Source: Mobula hypostoma (Eukaryota). Taken from it: a stretch of DNA of 64,000 nucleotides. Shown one piece after another: positions 1-10,988 of the stretch; the first letter of the stretch is position 1; each line of letters begins with the position of its first letter. The position numbers and the translations under genes are program-made. The stretch spans positions 185,382,001 through 185,446,000 of the forward strand of contig NC_086097.1 in the NCBI RefSeq assembly GCF_963921235.1, given 5' to 3'. Under the pieces are notes generated by a model, which saw nothing but the letters and a program-made list of their open reading frames with translations, was not told where the DNA came from and ran no database searches.

Positions 1-387
1 CAAGATCTCGGCCCTCCGAAAACGAGCTCAGCTCTTAGGCCGAACCCTTTGTGTGCCGAACAACGGCCGGTTGTGAAACTTCAAGAGCCAGTCCCATTCC
101 CGCAACAAACCGTAGTCAGCATGTAACTCCAGGTCAGGATCTTCAAAAGAACCCTGAAAGGGAAAAATAGAGATATGAAAGTTGCTGCCTGGACTCAGCA
201 AGGTAGAGGTCAGACCACCACATTACAACAGAATCCCCTTTGTCTGCAGGTCCTGCCTGCCACTGATCCTACTTAATGTAAAAGTAATTAAGTTAAAATA
301 TTAAAAACTGGTTGAGAACGTTAAAAGATAAATGCATTTGAAAATGTGAAATTGCTGTTAATTAATTAAATAAACTGGATTAAATAA

Positions 388-1092
388 GACAATAAACTGG
401 ACTGGTCTAAGAACACTGAGGCCGTCTACAAGAAGGGTCAGAGCCGTCTCTATTTCCTGAGGAGTCTGAGGTCCTTTAACATCTGCCAGACGATGCTGAG
501 GATATTCTATGAGTCTGTGGTGGCCAGTGCTATCATGTTTGCTGTTGTGTGCTGGGACAGCAGGCTGAGGGTGGCAGACACCAACAGAATCAACAAACTC
601 ATTTGTAAGGCCAGTGATGTTGTGGGGATGGAACTGGACTCTCTCACGGTGGTGTCTGAAAAGAGGATGCTGTCTAAGTTGCATGCCATCTTGGTCAATG
701 TCTCCCATCCACTACATAAGGTACTGGGTGGGCACAGGACTACATTCAGCCAGAGACTCATTCCACCGAGATGCAACACAGAGCGTCATAGGAAGTCATT
801 CCTGCCTGTGGCCATCAAACTTTACAACTCCTCCCTTGGAGGGTCAGACACCCTGAGCCGATAGGCTGGTCCTGGACTTATTTCATAATTTACATATTAC
901 TATTTAACTATTTATTACTATTTTCTATTACTATTCTATTACTATTTATTATTTCTATGACTATTACTATTTACTAATAGTAGTATTACTATTACTATTT
1001 CTATTACTATTTATTATTTATGGTGCAACTGTAACGAAAACCAATTTCCCCCGGGATCAATAAAGTATGACTATGAACTATGACTATGACTA
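388..1092 (+). mobile_element. Rex1/Babar-type LINE, 5'-truncated (RT C-terminus + 3'UTR)
   Basis: Translates DNKLDWSKNTEAVYKKGQSRLYFLRSLRSFNIC..MLRIFYESVVASAIMFAVVCW..RHRKSFLPVAIKLYN (ORF 493-864). AATAAA is followed by a (CTATGA)n tail at ~1066-1092. Nearly identical to the 3' part of 23257-24624. Confidence 0.9.
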
Positions 1093-1460
1093 AAATCAGA
1101 AATGTATATTGAAATAAAAACCTACCTAATGAAAGAATGGGCTTGTGATAGGTGTCATAATTGTACCTGGCATAAAACGGAGTTCAGATATAAATTGTAG
1201 AGACTGTCAACTCAGAACCTAACAGAAAAACCCCTAGTCTCCAGGGACTGTACAAGAAGTCTCATTCATCTGACCTCCAGAAGATTCCCAGTGGTCAGGC
1301 ACTGATTGTCACATGCACTGTATCTAGATATCGATTCTCCATGACTCCATAGGCCTTTTGGGTGCAATTGCATTTGGACATTAGTGTCTTCTTGAAATCA
1401 CAAATAGTTTGACTGAGCCTAATTTAAGTGAAAGCACTCCTCATCATCCAAGCCATAAGT

Positions 1461-1796
1461 TGTTTGTCCATCGTCATCGATGAAGACCTCGACACCATTT
1501 GATGGTGTCAAGCGCTTGATTTGGATTTAAGTGAGGGAGAGATGCGCACCGTCAGCCTCACTCTCTCTTCCCAATTCCCATCTGGATCCAGTGGCAAGAC
1601 AAGAGTCGAGATGACTGGAGATGGGACTTGGCGCAGTGGATGACCAGGACATCTTCTGTGTCATGTTGTGCTCTACACGTTCCACAGCGCTTACAGAGAC
1701 CACCTTCTTGACCGTTGGACCTTCCATTGGTCTCATCCTCTCAATCTGCCGGAGTCTGTCTTCACATGCTGGGATAGACTTGTCTATCCCAGCAAT
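1461..1796 (-). mobile_element. Non-autonomous short retroposon (RTE-like), 5'-truncated copy of the 35571-35980 family
   Basis: Reverse-complement match to ~35654-35980. Flanked by an 8-bp direct repeat CCATAAGT (1453-1460, 1797-1804). Confidence 0.8.
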
Positions 1797-1929
1797 CCAT
1801 AAGTACTGACCTCGACAATAACAAAACTATTGTTCCATCTTCCACAACAGTTGTTTTTGCAGTCTGTTAATGCGCAACTGATCTTTTTTCAGTGAGACTT
1901 CTGTACTTGTTATGTATTTTACCAAAAGC

Positions 1930-2610
1930 AGGAGATTTGTATCAAGCTTCAAATTCCTTGGTGTCCACATTTCCGAGGATCTCACCTGGTCCCTGAACTC
2001 CTCCATCCTGATCAAAAAGGCACAACAGCGCCTTTATTTCCTGCGGAGCATGAAGAAAGCTCACCTCTGTCCCAGGATACTGACGGACTTTTACTGCTGT
2101 ACCATTGAGAGCATACTCACCAACTGCATCTCAGTGTGGTATGGCAATTGTCCCGTATCGGACCGCAAAGCACTCCAGCGTGTGGTAAAAACTGCCCAGT
2201 GGATTTACAGCACCCAATTGCCCACCATTGAGAACATCTACCATAAACGCTGCCTGGGCAGGGTGAAAAGCATTATCAGGGATGCATCTCACCCTAACCA
2301 TGGACTTTTTACTCTCCTCCCATCCAGTAGGCGCTACAGTAGCCTCCGCTCCCGCACCAGCAGGCACAGGAAGAGCTTCTTCCCTGAGGCTGTGACACTG
2401 CTGAACCTCCCATCACAGCGCCAAGCAGTATTGCATCTGTATTGTACTGTCTCAGTACTTTTATATTTGTGTGCTGTAGCACTTTTTTTATTCACAGTTA
2501 TTTTGTAAATAACACTATTCTTTGCACTTCTGGTCAGATGCTAAATGCATTTCATTGGCTTTGTATCTGTACTCGGCATAATGACAATAGTTGAATCTAA
2601 TCTAATCTAA
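1930..2610 (+). mobile_element. Rex1/Babar-type LINE 3' fragment
   Basis: ORF 1912-2508 reads SSFKFLGVHISEDLTWSLNSSILIKKAQQRLYFLR..HPNHGLFTLLPS..SFFPEAVTLLN. (ATCTA)n tail ends at ~2610. Confidence 0.9.
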
Positions 2611-3344
2611 ATTATTCTTTCCTTTGGTTTTCTTCACAGTTCTAATACTTTGAAGTATTATGACTTCTTCAGCCCTATTTTAAAGCCTATTTTTCCTCTC
2701 ATCCTCTGGGTTTGCACGCTAAACTAAAATTATGTCCTGTTTATTCTCTATAAAAAGTTGAACTATTCTTTTGTTTTCTCTGAGGTCATGTTAGTTTCTC
2801 AAGAAATCGTTTCCATATTGCCAAGTTTGAAATTCCAAACTCTGAATATTTGTTCCATAAGTAATTGCTTGGAATTGCACACTTCAAGTTTTTACAGACT
2901 GTTCTGTAATATTTATACATTTCAACACATCTTATCTTCTTTTGAATGTATATCTCTCAAAGAGAATACTTTTTTCATAGCTGGCAGTATGGAAGAAATC
3001 TCTTCTGCACAAGTATCATCTTTTATTATCCCCTTATCGTGCCAGGTGGAATATACATCTTAGCTTATCACACTCACATTTGAAAGTATTGCCATCCGGA
3101 ATCATTCTGAATCTTGATCCATCTTCATTGCCACAATATGCATTGCCATACTATTTAAATATTCTCCACTTTTCTGCAACAATTCCAACACATAATTAAA
3201 AAGTTCACAGTGGTGGGAGGGCACTCCTGAAGCCATCACTGCACATGGCAAAGTTTTCAAATAACTTTTAAACAATGCATGCACTTCCAAGATGACTGTC
3301 AAAATGAAATAAAAGTTATCTCAGTATTGATCAGGCTTTAATTA

Positions 3345-3830
3345 CAGGCATACGTGTGTGCATTGAATGGCATGATAAGCATTCTTGATGGTGGTATAAA
3401 GGTGTGTTGCTCCTGCAAGATATGTTGGTTGTAGTTGTTCAGAGATTTCTTTAAGCTGGCCTGGTTGAAATCACCCACAGTGCTAGAGAAGAAAGCCGGG
3501 TGTGCTGTTTTGTGACTGCTATCGTGATTTTCAGCTCCTCCAGTGCCTGCCTGACGATGGCCTGAGGTGGAATGTACACTACTTCCAGGATGATGGCAGG
3601 ATACTCCCTCAGCAGATAAAATAGAAAACATTTTACTACGAGATGTTCCAGGTTGTGTGAGGAGGATTGAGACAGAAAAACCACATCTGTTCACTGTGAT
3701 AAGTTAATCATAAAGTGTACTCCATCTCTTCTACCTTTAAATGACAGAGATGTCCTGTCTTTGTGGAGAATGGTGAAGCCACTTGTCTGCAGCATTGCAT
3801 CCGAAATTGCCATATTTCCATGAAGCAAAG
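3345..3830 (-). mobile_element. Degenerate Rex1/Babar APE endonuclease fragment
   Basis: Frameshifted pieces LEHLVVKCFLFYLLREY..VVYIPPQA and GDFNQASLKKSL resemble the endonuclease of the 26414-29520 element. Confidence 0.7.
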
Positions 3831-3837
3831 TACATGG

Positions 3838-6620
3838 TGTTGTGGATTTAATATTTCAGTAATATTTGAGTAGTATTGTAAATTATATTCTTAATTAAGC
3901 ATTGTTTGTTTACATAATTCATTATGGGTTATATGTAAAAGAACGTGGATGCATATGTCATCAAGCCACCATGTCATATTGTGCACACGTCAAAAAGTGA
4001 AAACAAAACGTACACAAATTATCCCTGGCTTTCCTATGCATTTATTTCAATCAATTTCTGCAGTTACAAACATAACAGTGGTGACAAGTAGGTTTTAAAT
4101 GAACCCAAAATGATTACCTACCTGTCGAAGCGCAACAAGACATTTGAGTTAAAAATAGCACAATGAGACATTTCCGTTTTCAAAAAGGCAGAAAACACAT
4201 GAAATGCATGCGTTCATAAATAATGAATACCAGGTGACAATAATAATAAATCTTGAAAAAGCAGAATGCCTGGCAACATTGAAGATAGATATGTTTGATT
4301 GCTCAAAAGATAACTGGCTGATGTATAATGAGTGAATTAGGCAGTATTTTAAAGCAAATGGAATAGTCATTAAGAAATGAGTGCCAGTTTTGCTAAGTGT
4401 AATTGGTGGAAGAACATACAGTGTGCTTAGAGGTTTGACTGCTCCAACCAGACCAGCAGACCAGCTTTGTTGTTATTCTGAAAGTAAGGCAGGAACATTT
4501 GGAACTGAAACCATTGTTGATTGCAGAATGCTTTAGGTTTCATAAGTGGATCAAAAGGAAGGGGAGTCCATTTCTGCATAGGTGGTTGAATTGAAGAAAT
4601 TGTTTGAGCAATGCCAGTTCAGTGATGAGCTTAATGATGCACTGAGAAATCGTTAAGTTTATGGAATCTTACAAGAAAGCAATCAGGTTGGCTGGTGGCG
4701 CAATGGCATCAGCGCCGGACTCCGGAGTGAAGGCTCCCGAGTTCGAATCCAAGTCGGGCCACCCCCCGAGCACGCTTTCCATCCATGCTGGGTTGAGCGT
4801 CGAGCTAGCCACTCGGCCTTGTTATAAAAAAAAGGGTCGAGTCAGGAATGTTCATACCATGACCTGGTTAATCCAAAAGGAGACCAATCCTGACACCACT
4901 CGTCAGACAAAAATGGCTGACTGTCTGATGCGACGCACTAAAAAAAATCAAAACTGGCTCCTAACTGAAGCACAACTCACATTTAAGAGAACAGTTGAAA
5001 TTGCTGTATCATTGGAAGCCACAACCAGAAATGCAATTGAGTTGCAGTCAGGCATGACAGTGAAAGTGAATAAAACTGAAGCATCTAAACAGAAACCACT
5101 CTGGCCAAACAAATTGAGTTATCATTATGGTAGGGACTCACATACACTAGACTAATGCTGGTTTAAAGGTGGGTCTTGGAGATATGCAACAAAGTAGGAC
5201 ACATACAAAGAACATGTCAGGCAGACAAAGATAAATGGACTTCACAGGAAAGAGATAAAGATAAAAAAAGTCAAACTGCAGTTTCAAAAAGAGCACTAAA
5301 CTGCGAGCTGTTGATGAAAATTTTGATAATGATGAGAATGACACTGGACTAGGTTTACAATGGAAAAACTAACAAGAGACAAGCAATATGGCTTACACCT
5401 GAAGTGAGCAGCAAATGACACTGGCCTGGCTGTTTCAGTAATTTGACAAATTTCGAACATACTGAACTGAAGCCTGCAGATATCCAGCTGGGAACTTATA
5501 CTGGAGAAAAAGGTAACTACCGTAGCATGACATTCGTAACAGTGAAATACAACAACCGACAAACCACATTGTTACTTGTACATGGTAAAAAAAAAGGAGG
5601 CCAGTGATGGGTCTTCGGTGACTGATAAAACTACAACTTAATTGAAGATCCATCCACCATTTGTATGTTACATCCCTTGCAAAATAGTCAACTGAATGCA
5701 AATTGAGAAAGGTACCAGATGATGCCACAGCAGTTCAAAGATGGCACTGGAAAACTCAAACATATCAGGATAAAATAGTATTAAATGAACATACCACACC
5801 CAAGTTGTATAAATCCCTTATGATTCTTTATACCATCCGTGATAAAGTAGCCAGTGAACTAGATCACTTGGAGGCTGAAGGAATTCTTTGCAAGGTTGAG
5901 TGGAGCACATGGGCAATGACAGTGGTCCCAGTAGTCTGGCAGGATCTGTGGTTATTTTAAGGTCACCATCAACTCAGTACTGAAATTAGATCAAAGCTCT
6001 CTGCCCAGGACAGCAGATATCTTTGCAATCCTTTCTAGAGTGAAACACATCAGCAAAGTGGACTTAGCTGAGGCCTACCTACAGGTTGATATTGAACGAG
6101 AATATGCTTCCCAATATGGTACCCAAAATGGCTGGAATGTGCATCAGAAATCCCAGCTCCCCTATTTTCACCAGCTCCAGGATGAACTTGCCCTTGACAG
6201 GGTTGCCTTATGTGGGGTTGAGAGCTGCACCATTCAAGCTGAGAGCTAAGGTGTTGGAGGAGCTACATGCCAGTCAACTTGATGTGGACAAAATGAAAAA
6301 AGGGTTGGCTCAAAGCTTTGTCTGGTGGCTTGGGATAGATCAGCAGATCAAGCAGTTGTTTGGGATGCCAACATGTCCAGTAGAAAGATGTCCAGAGCCA
6401 TCAGGACCATTTCCTGCAGTACCAGACCTGAGATTCTTTCACAGCCACAAGTCTCACCTCCCAAGCAGTGTGACCCCTCTTGTCAGGAAAGATGATATCC
6501 CACAAGAGTAAGAAATCCTCCATATCGATTGAACTTTTAGCCTTGAATGAGAAAATCTAAAATTTATTATTCTGCGGATATCTATATAGCAGATGTATTA
6601 TATAGTATACTGTATATATG
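3838..6620 (+). mobile_element. Decayed Gypsy/Ty3 LTR retrotransposon (5' LTR ~3838-4077, PBS, gag-pol remnants); 3' LTR not seen
   Basis: A TGTT...AACA-bounded segment is followed by PBS-like TGGTGAC at 4079. Gag-like pieces: QYFKANGI..LLSVIGGRTY..LTAPTRPA and KPLLIAECFRFHK. RT-like pieces: WSTWAMTVVPV and RICGYFKVTIN. Integrase-zinc-finger-like piece: RAKVLEELHAS..AQSFVWWLGIDQQIKQL. Many stops and deletions. Confidence 0.85.
4686..4945 (+). mobile_element. tRNA-derived SINE inserted in Gypsy gag
   Basis: Pol III A box TGGCGCAATGG (~4696) and B box GAGTTCGAATCC (~4739). CT-CCG-GA anticodon-like loop. Ends in an A-run with AATCA on both sides, and interrupts the gag peptide GILQES..|..KXWLLTEAQLTF. 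Confidence 0.85.
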
Positions 6621-6624
6621 TATA

Positions 6625-9600
6625 TAAGTGGGAGGGTGAACAACCAGAAGTTGTGGTCTATGCAGGTACCAATGACATGGGTAGGATGTGTGATGAGGTT
6701 CTCCACAGGGAATTCAGGGAGTTAGGCTCTAAATTAAAGAGAAGGACCTCCAGGGTTGTAATCTCAGGACTGCTATCTGTGCCACATGCTAGTGAGGCCA
6801 GAACTAGGAAGATTATACAGTTTAAGACATGGCTAAGGAGCTGCTGTAGAGGAGAGGGCATAAGATTTTTGGATCATTGGGCCCTCTTCTAGGGAATTTT
6901 GGAACTGTACAGAAGAGACGGTTTGTACCTGAATTGGAGGAGGACTAATATCCTAGCAGGAAGGTTTGTTAAGGCTGCACAGTGGGGTTTAAACTAGAGA
7001 TGCAGAGATGGAAACCAGAGTGCCAGAACAGATAGTGGAGAGATTGTGGAGGCAGATGTTGGTAAGACCTCAGACAAAGTCAGGAATCAAAAGATTGAGC
7101 ATGATGTGACTAATGTCCTGAGCTGTGTATATTTCAATGTAAGAAGTATCATTAGAAGGGCGGATGAGCTCAGGGCATGGATCAGTACCTAAAATTATGA
7201 CATTGTAGCCATTAGTAAGACTTGCATGCAGGACCCGCAGCTAAGTATTCCAGGGTTCTGTTGTTTTAGGGACATGGAAGAGTGGGAGGGAAGGAAGGTG
7301 GAGGGGTGGTATTACTAGCCAGGGAAAATGTCACAGCAGTGCTCCGTCAGGTCAGACTGGAGAACTTGACAAGTGAGGCGTTATGAATAGAACCGAGAAA
7401 TAAGAAAGGTATGATCACGTTAATGGGGCTATATTACAGTCTGACCGACAGTCCTCAGGACTTAGAGAAACAAATCTGCAAAGAGATCACAGACTGTTGC
7501 AAGAAATATAAGGATGTTATTGTAGCTGACTTTAACTTTCCACATATTAACTGGAAATCCCATACTGTAAAAGGACTAGATGGAATAGAGTTTGTCAAAT
7601 GTGTTCAGGGAAGTTTCCTTCATCAGTACATAGAAGTCCCAACAAGAAAGCGTGCAATACTGGATCTGCTTTTAGGGAATGAGACAGGGTAGGTGAAAGA
7701 AGTTTGTGCAGGAGAACACTTTGCATGCAATGACCACAATGCCAATGGTTCAAGTAAATATGCAAAAAAATAGGTCTGATCCATGAGATGAGATTCTAAC
7801 TTGGAGAAAGGGCAATTTTGAAGGTATCAGAAAGGATCTGGCAAGTGTGGATTGGGACAGGCTGCTTTCTGGCAAAGATGTAGTTGGAAAGTTGGAGGCC
7901 TCAAAAAATGAAATTTTGAGAGTGCAAACCTTGTATATGCCTATCAGAATAAAAGGTAATGATGGCAAGTGTAGGGAACTTCTGTTTTCAAGTGATATTA
8001 AGGCCCTGGTTAAGAGAAAAAAATGAGGTGCATAGCAGGTATAGGTAGGTAGGAACAAATGAAGTGCTAATGGAGTATAAGAATTGTAAGAGAATATTTA
8101 AGAAAGAAATCAGGAGACTAAAAGAAGGCAGGAAGTTGCTGTGGCAGACAAGGTGAAGGAGAATTTTAAGGGCAAAAGAATTGCAAGTGACAAAATTGGT
8201 CCTCTGGAAGACCAGAATGGTAATCTATGTGTGGACCCAAAACAGACAGGGGAGATCTTAAATGCATTCTTTGCATCTGTTTACTCAGGAGACAGATACA
8301 AAGTCTGTAGTTGTGAGGCAAAGCAGCAACAACTTCATGGACCCTGTACAGACTACAGAGGAGGGGGTGTTTGCTACCCTGAGGCAAATCAGGGTGGATA
8401 AAACCCCAGGGCTTGACAAGATGTTTCCCTCGGACCCTGTGGGGGGCCAGTGCAGAGATTACTGGTGCCCTAGTGGAGATATTTAAAGCATCCTTAGGGA
8501 CAGGAGAGGTACCAGAGGACTGGATGATAGCCAATGTTGTTCCATTGTTTAAAAAAGGCCCTAAACAGAAAACAGGAAATAATTGGCCAGTGAGTCTGGC
8601 GTCAGTTCTGAGAAAGTTATTGGAAGGTATTCTAAGGGACCAGGTATATAAGTATTTGGATAGACATGGGCTGATTAAGGATAGTCAGCACAGCTTTGTG
8701 TGTGGTAGGTCATGTCTCACCAATCTTACAGAGTTTTTCAAATAAGTTACCAGGTAAATGGGTGAAGGCAAGGCTGTGAATTTTGTCACAGGCAGGAATC
8801 AGTGCTGGGTCCTTTGTTATTTGTCATCTATGTCAGTGATCTGGATGATAATGTGGATAACTGCATCAGCAAATTTGGGGATGACATCAAGATTACGGGT
8901 GTAGTGGACAGTGATCATGGCTTGCAGAGGGATCTGCATCAGCTGGAAAAATGGCAAATAGAATTCAATGCAGACTAGTGCGAGGTATTGCACTTAAATA
9001 GGACCAACCAGGGTTGGTCTTACACATTGAATGGTAGGCATGTGGCAGACCAATGGGATCTGGGAATACTGGTCTATAATTTGTTGTAAGTGACATCACA
9101 GGTAGATAGGGTCATAAACAAAGCTTTTGGCACACTGGAATTCATAAATTAATGTATTTTTGTAACAAGATGGGATGTTAATGTTGAAGTCACATAAAAC
9201 ATTAGATTAGATTAGATTATGAGGACGCAGTCCTCTTTTATTGTCATTTAGTAATGCATGCATTAAGAAATGATACAATGTTTCTCCAGAATGATATCAC
9301 AGAAACACAAGACAAACCGACTGAAAAACTGACAAAAACCACATAATTATAACATATAGTTACAACAGTGCAAAGCAATACTGTAATTTGATAAAGAACA
9401 GACCTTGGGCATGGTAAAAAGTCTCAAAGTCTCTCGAAAGTCCCATCATCTCACACAGACGGTGAACCTCCAGCGCTGCAAATCTACCGATGCAGCTTCC
9501 AGGAAGCACCGACCACAGTCCGACTCCAAGTCCATCCAAAAACTCCGAGCTTCTGACCAGCTCTCTGACACCGAGCACCGAGCACCATCTCTGCCGAGCG

Positions 9601-10218
9601 CTTTGACCCCAGCCCCAGCAACAGGCAATAGGCAAAGCTGAGGATTTGGGGCCTTCCCCTCCGGAGATTCTCGATGGCACAGTAGCAGCGGCAGCGAAGC
9701 GGGCATTTCAAAAGTTTCTCCAGGTGTTCCTCTGTGCTTCTCATGGCCGTCTCCATCAAATCAGGATTGTGCACGGCCCCCCAGTTGACACATGTGATAT
9801 CATTTGGAATGGCCGCACGCGCTGCATCACGCCACCATCTTCTCCTCCATCTAGTGAGGCCTAATTTGGAGTATTGTGTGCAGTTTTGGTCACTTACCTA
9901 CAGGAAAGATGTTAACAAGGTTGAAAGAGTACACAGAAAACTTACAAGGATGTTACAAGTATGGAGGACCTGAGCTGTAAGGAAACATTGAACAGGTTAG
10001 GACTATATTCTTTAGAATGCAGAAGATTGAGAGGAGATTTAATAGAGGCATACAATATTATGAGAGGTGTAGATTGAGGAAATGTAAGCAGGCTTTTTCC
10101 ACTGAGGTTGGATAGGACTACAATCAGAGCTTATGAGTTAAGGGTCAACAGAGAAAAGTTTATCAGAAACATGAGGGGAAACTTAATTCAGAGGGTCATG
10201 AGAATGTGGAATGAGCTT
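6625..10218 (+). mobile_element. CR1 LINE: SGNH-esterase half of ORF1 and decayed ORF2 (APE-RT)
   Basis: ORF1 reads EGEQPEVVVYAGTNDMGR..SRVVISGLL. ORF2 pieces: VADFNFPHINW, ILDLLLGN, GEVPEDWMIANVVPLFKKG, GRSCLTNLTEFF, LVRPNLEYCVQFWS. Interrupted by 9201-9848. Confidence 0.9.
9201..9848 (-). mobile_element. Non-autonomous, non-coding retroposon with (TAATC)n tail, probably Rex1/Babar-mobilised
   Basis: Interrupts CR1 ORF2. The minus-strand 3' end is ...ATGACAATAAAAGAGGACTGCGTCCTCATAATCTAATCTAAT and the 5' end is GGAGGAGAAGATGGTGGCG. No LINE-like coding sequence. Confidence 0.7.
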
Positions 10219-10965
10219 CTCACTTAAGAATGCTGAAGACACTGGCTCCTGGAAGGCAACATACCAACCAAGAATTTCTTTTTCTCATCCACAGAATCTT
10301 CTTTCTGTTCCTCTTACAAATCCCCCATCACCACAGCCTGCCTTCTCTCTTCCCTTCCCTTCTGAGTCACAGAGCCAGACCCAGTGCGAAAGACCGGTTG
10401 CTGTGACCTTTGTCTGCCCGGTCTTCCCCCCCAACAGTGTCGAAAGTGATATACCTGTTACAGAGGGGGACGGCCACAGAGGTGCTCTGCCCTGGCGCCT
10501 TAACCCGTTTTACTCCCCTGACTATCACCCAGCCTCCTGTGTCCTGCACCTTGTGTGTAACTACCTCTCTGTATGTCATGTGTATCACCCCTTCAGCCTC
10601 CCGAATGATTCAGAGATCATCCAGTTCCAGCTCCAACTCCTTAACGCGGAGTGTTAGAAGATGCAGCTGGATGCACTTCTTGCAGTTGTAGTCGTCAGGG
10701 ACACCGGAGGGCTCCTGCCTTCCCACATCCCACCAGAGGAGCATTCATCTATCCTGCCTGGGATCCTTACAGTTCTAACTGAGCAAATATAAAGAAGAAA
10801 ACAATAAATAAACTGTGGGGGTGGGGGGATGATCTACCTGGAGCTATTTGCTTTATCTTACTCAAGCCTCTCCTTGCTGAAGGCTCGAAGAGATAAAGCC
10901 TCAAAAACCATACTCCAATATGTTCTTCCCAATCAAACCCAAATACCTATTGGCTGCTGCTCAAA
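10219..10965 (-). mobile_element. CR1 5'UTR and ORF1 N-terminal part
   Basis: Reads MTYREVVTHKVQDTGGWVIVRG..STSVAVPLCNRYITFDTVGGED and ends CLPGA..VFSILK, directly upstream of the SGNH region that starts at 6625. Confidence 0.8.
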
Positions 10966-10988
10966 ACACCAAATTACTGCAAGTCCTT

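Noticed and set aside
1..190. CpG-containing stretch at the window edge, probably the end of a repeat
   Set aside because: Truncated by the window. No motif, ORF or second copy here to classify it.
3102..3320. Minus-strand acceptor-like TTTTATTTCATTTTGACAG followed by a ~65-codon open frame
   Set aside because: The peptide is not recognisable and there are no partner exons. Needs RNA-seq or BLASTX.
4686..4760. Possible tRNA-Arg(CCG) gene
   Set aside because: Acceptor and anticodon stems pair poorly, and it continues into a SINE body with an A-tail.
4661..5155. 164-aa ORF
   Set aside because: Chance read-through from a SINE insertion into Gypsy gag; not a gene.
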